From an uncultured Nitrososphaerota archaeon (GTDB lineage: Archaea; Korarchaeota; Korarchaeia; Korarchaeales; Korarchaeaceae): a stretch of DNA of 18,304 nt. The translations under genes were made by a program, and so were the position numbers. The notes under the pieces were generated by a model that worked only from the letters and a program-made list of their open reading frames with translations, made no database searches and was not told the DNA's origin. The DNA lies in NCBI GenBank assembly GCA_964618805.1, contig CAZUBM010000031.1, forward strand, positions 1 through 18,304, in the 5' to 3' direction. Below are positions 14,970 to 18,304 of the stretch, piece by piece. How positions within the stretch are numbered: position 1 is the first letter of the stretch; each line of letters starts with the position of its first letter.

Positions 14970-16323
14970 GAGAGCTTTGGAGCTTGGAGCATCGTATGCA
15001 GATGTCAGGGTTACAAAGTCCTTTAGAACGAGGATGTCCGTAGTCAATGGAAACGTTGAGAGGGTAGTTCCCAGCGTTGACCTTAGCGTTGGTGTAAGGG
15101 TCTTGTACCAAGGCGTATGGGGCTTCTCCACTTGTAACTCAACATCAAAGGATGACCTGCTCGAAGCCATTTCCAATGCAGTCAAGCTAGCTAAAGCAGG
15201 GTCTAGCATAGGTGCAGGACGTATTCAGCTGGCTAAGGTCAAGGCTGTAACTGATAGGGTTGAATTAGAGGGTATAAGCGATTCCAGAGAAGTTCCGCTG
15301 GAAGAAAAGCAGGAAATAATATTAGAATCGGATAAGATTGCAAGGGAGCTTGATCCAAGGATCGTCAGGACCCAGTTCGATTACGAGGATTGCGTGGTTG
15401 AAAGACACCTTTTCAGCAGCGAGGGAGGAAAAATATACGAGATCAATCCTTTTACAAGCTTGAGATTCACAATTACAGCAAGGGAAGGTGATAGAATAGA
15501 GAGGACGATAGGGAGGCTTGCTGCGAGTGCTGGACAGGAGTTGTTAGCATTTGCAGATCCAATAGAAATGGCCCAAGGGCTTGCAATGGAGGCCCTTGAC
15601 CTGCTAAAGGCAAAACATCCGCCATCCGGGAGAATGCCGATTATAGTTGACAACAAGATTGCTGGACTAATTGCGTTATGCGTGGACTTGATGGCCACGG
15701 CCACGTTAGCATCAGTCCCAGAGAGCGAAATGGGAGTGTTTTATGGAAGGGTTGGGAAGCAAATTCTCCCAGAAACGTTAGACATTACCGATGACCCAAC
15801 GTCTCCTGGATTGCCAGCCTCATACAAGTACGATGAGGAGGGCGTTGAATCAAGGCCAATGAAGATAATCGAAGCTGGGGTCTTAAAGGGATATCTGCAC
15901 TCAAGGGAGACAGCATATAAGCACGGTACAAGCCCTACTGGTCATGCAAGGGCTCCTAATGCCTCTTTTCTTCCAGTTCCAATGGTTTCAAATGCGATAA
16001 TAGATCCAAGGGATTACACGTTTGAGGAACTTTTTGAGGACGTTGAGAGAGGAATCTATGCTAGGGGGATCGTTGGGGCCACAATTGGCAGGTTCGTTCA
16101 GTGCAAGACGATGATAGCTCAGACCATTGAAAACGGAGAGCTCAAGGATGAGATCTTGAAAGGACCGTCTCTGAGGCTGGATCTTCTAAAGGATCTCTTC
16201 TCAATAGATGCCATAGGCTCAGATTACGATTACCTACCTTTGAGACTAACTAGGGCTGACGAAGCATATTCCGTATCTGGAGGAGGGCCCCATTTAAGGT
16301 TTAGCCAACTCGAGGTGATTTGA
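14944..16323 (+). CDS. tldD: TldD/PmbA family protein, TldD-like subunit lacking the canonical HExxxH metal-binding motif
   Basis: GASYADVR, GVRVLYQGVWGFS, PPSGRMPIIVD, DITDDPT, YDEEGV, IIEAGVLKGYLHSRETA, TGHARA and the terminal GGGPHLR typical of TldD. TTG start after GGAGGAGG; overlaps the Roadblock gene by 26 nt. Confidence 0.9.
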   Translation: MEELASVLERALELGASYADVRVTKSFRTRMSVVNGNVERVVPSVDLSVGVRVLYQGVWGFSTCNSTSKDDLLEAISNAVKLAKAGSSIGAGRIQLAKVKAVTDRVELEGISDSREVPLEEKQEIILESDKIARELDPRIVRTQFDYEDCVVERHLFSSEGGKIYEINPFTSLRFTITAREGDRIERTIGRLAASAGQELLAFADPIEMAQGLAMEALDLLKAKHPPSGRMPIIVDNKIAGLIALCVDLMATATLASVPESEMGVFYGRVGKQILPETLDITDDPTSPGLPASYKYDEEGVESRPMKIIEAGVLKGYLHSRETAYKHGTSPTGHARAPNASFLPVPMVSNAIIDPRDYTFEELFEDVERGIYARGIVGATIGRFVQCKTMIAQTIENGELKDEILKGPSLRLDLLKDLFSIDAIGSDYDYLPLRLTRADEAYSVSGGGPHLRFSQLEVI

Positions 16324-16325
16324 AC

Positions 16326-17717
16326 ATGGATCTCCAAGAGAAGGCGAAGAGATTCCTTCAGATAGCTTTAGAGGAAGAAGGCGTTGAGCAAGCAGAAGTC
16401 TTCTTCTTAAGCAGAAAAAGTACCAGGAACTCCATATTAAGGGAGGCCGGAGAGAGGAAGTTCTTCAGTCAGTTTCTAGAGGACAGAGGAGTTGCTTTTA
16501 GGGTCAAGGTTGGTAAAAAATTGGGCTTCGCCTACAGCTCAGACCTTAGTGAGAGATCAATTAGATTTGCGATCAAGCAGGCAGTTGCTTCTTCGCAAGA
16601 AACGCAAGGTTTTGAATCCTTTCCAAGCCATGCTGGATTGAAAGAACGCGTTGAATATGATGAAGAAGTGGTTGCATTGGATGAGGAGAGGGTTCTTGAG
16701 TTTGTCAAAGGCATGGAAGAGGTAGCTACCTCCCTCTCTCCCAACATAACCGCCGTGGACCTTACTTTTGAGAAGGCCTTAATTCAAACGGCTGTTTTCA
16801 ATACAGAAGGTTCAGAACTCGTTCAGGAGGGCACATATGTTGGAGCTTCAGCAACTCTGAGTTATAGGGATGAAAAACCGATTCAGTACAGCAAAATCCA
16901 GCTCGGAAGAGAGCTTAACCAAGTTAACCCAAGATCTTTGGTCAAACAAGTTTCAGAGGAGCTTATCAGGCTTTCTAAGGATCCAGTAACTGTGGAGAGC
17001 GATGAGTATGAAGCATTGCTATCCCCTGTCGTTGTAACTGAGCTGTTGAGCTATTCATTTGTCAACGCTCTCTGCGCTGATCAGGTGAGATCTGGAGTAT
17101 CTCCTCTCGCAGATAAATTGGGAGAGGAAATTGCTTCTCAGCCTGTGACGATCTGGGATGATCCTACGTATGAGGGAGGTTTGTACACAACTTCCTTCGA
17201 TGACGAAGGAGTCCCTTCCTCCAGGACGTTTCTGATAGAGGACGGAGTCTTAAAAGGGTACATGTATGATAGCATTGCTGGCAGACTTGGAGAGTTCAGA
17301 AGCACCAGTAATTGCGCGAGATGGGAGAGCCCATTATGGGATAAGTTCTTTGCAAGGTCCTATAAGTGCAGACCCAGGATATGGATGAGTAACCTGATCA
17401 TAAGGCCAGGGAAAGGAAAAGTTGAAGACTTGCTCCCTGAAATGAGCAAGGGGATATATTGCTTGGAGATCTTTGCTGGATTCACCATGAGCCCTTCTGG
17501 AGACTTCAGCCTTCCCATACTCCATGGTTACTACGTGGAAGGGGGGCAGATAGTAGGTCCAATAAGGGGTCTTTCCATAAAGGGAAATGTGTTTGAACTG
17601 TTAAAAGGGGTTGTAAGGATAGGAGAGGAGCCAGAGATAACGGTTCCAAACAGCTCATCCGGTTCTGTAGTGACCCCTCCAATTCTGGTTGAAAAAATAA
17701 GGGTGGCAAAGGGATAG
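16326..17717 (+). CDS. pmbA: TldD/PmbA family protein, PmbA/TldE-like subunit
   Basis: QAEVF, GVAFRV..GKKLGFAYSS, ADQVRSGVSPLADKLGEEIAS, FDDEGVP, LIEDGVLKGYMYD, SGDFSL, GNVFELLK and terminal TPPILVEKIRV. No HExxxH, as expected for PmbA. The ATG at 16326 is best spaced from SD GAGGTGA; TTG at 16320 is the alternative. Confidence 0.92.
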   Translation: MDLQEKAKRFLQIALEEEGVEQAEVFFLSRKSTRNSILREAGERKFFSQFLEDRGVAFRVKVGKKLGFAYSSDLSERSIRFAIKQAVASSQETQGFESFPSHAGLKERVEYDEEVVALDEERVLEFVKGMEEVATSLSPNITAVDLTFEKALIQTAVFNTEGSELVQEGTYVGASATLSYRDEKPIQYSKIQLGRELNQVNPRSLVKQVSEELIRLSKDPVTVESDEYEALLSPVVVTELLSYSFVNALCADQVRSGVSPLADKLGEEIASQPVTIWDDPTYEGGLYTTSFDDEGVPSSRTFLIEDGVLKGYMYDSIAGRLGEFRSTSNCARWESPLWDKFFARSYKCRPRIWMSNLIIRPGKGKVEDLLPEMSKGIYCLEIFAGFTMSPSGDFSLPILHGYYVEGGQIVGPIRGLSIKGNVFELLKGVVRIGEEPEITVPNSSSGSVVTPPILVEKIRVAKG

Positions 17718-17723
17718 ACCGCT

Positions 17724-18304
17724 TTATCCCTTTAACTGCGCTGCCCTGAGCCTCCTATATACCCAAAGACCGACTAAGCCAACTGCCCCAATGGGAGCAG
17801 CTAAGAAGGAGCCAACTATGATAAAGGATATTGCAGCGTAAAGTACTGATAAGGCAAGGTTAAGGGTCTTTACAATGTTGAATTCAGGCAGTTCCATCCC
17901 TTTCTTCTCCTCTATGGTTATAGTAAGCGTGCTGTAATCTATCCTCGACATTAGGTTCTTAATCTGAGCTTCCAAAACTTCTACCTCTTCCCTAACTACT
18001 TTAAGCCTATCCTCTACCATAAGAACATCGTTAACGCTTTCAGCCATCGATAGAATCTCAAGAAGCCTTTTTTCAGCTGCCTTAGAGTTGTTTAACCTGA
18101 CTTCAAGATCTATGAGTTGATCTGTAACATCATAGGCGTTAAGATTCTCTGATTTAACCTCTCCTAAATTCTTAATGGCATCCATGGCGGCATCGAGCTG
18201 GTCCGCTGGTACCTTAATTGAGATCACTGCCGCGCGCGCCGCGCGCGCTAGGTTGAGCTATTAATGTGTAGAAGAATCCCAAAGCACTGAGCAATAACAG
18301 GGCT
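17724..18304 (-). pseudogene. DUF4349 domain membrane protein, internally deleted or frameshifted (or misassembled); 5' end beyond the window
   Basis: 17724-18227 encodes the C-terminal part of DUF4349 (ISIKVP...LGEVKSE...DVTDQLIDLEVRL.N....E.RLL......YSTLTI plus TM helices). An in-frame TAG lies at 18258-18260. A hydrophobic segment ALLLLSALGFFYTLIAQPS sits just upstream in another frame. Confidence 0.7.
18229..18248. repeat. 20-bp pure-GC tandem repeat (GCCGCGCGC)x2+GC
   Basis: Read directly from the sequence. It is compositionally unique in this moderately AT-rich window and lies at the DUF4349 breakpoint. Confidence 0.9.

Overview
This window looks archaeal, probably a thermophilic TACK-type lineage. 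That is an inference from the GGAGGTGA/GAGGTG ribosome-binding sites, BRE/TATA-like promoters, frequent TTG starts and Thermococcales-style ABC components. From left to right: a partial ABC ATPase, a DtxR/MntR regulator and a YkgJ Cys-cluster protein on the minus strand. Next come a 727-aa GT-C/STT3-like membrane protein without WWDYG and with an extra C-terminal domain, a stop-interrupted ORF or decayed gene (3869-4625) and a malic enzyme (-). These are followed by a complete Dpp/Opp-type ABC operon (A, B, C, D, F) with a small membrane protein, then a coupled three-gene operon Roadblock/LC7 - TldD-like - PmbA/TldE-like, and a DUF4349 gene broken at a pure-GC repeat. The most striking observation is that the TldD-like subunit has lost the HExxxH motif and the C-terminal Cys metal ligand while keeping the rest of the fold. 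The operon therefore appears to encode a non-catalytic TldD/TldE pair coupled to a Roadblock protein, next to a peptide-type importer. All family calls come from recognising motifs by eye; no database search was run.
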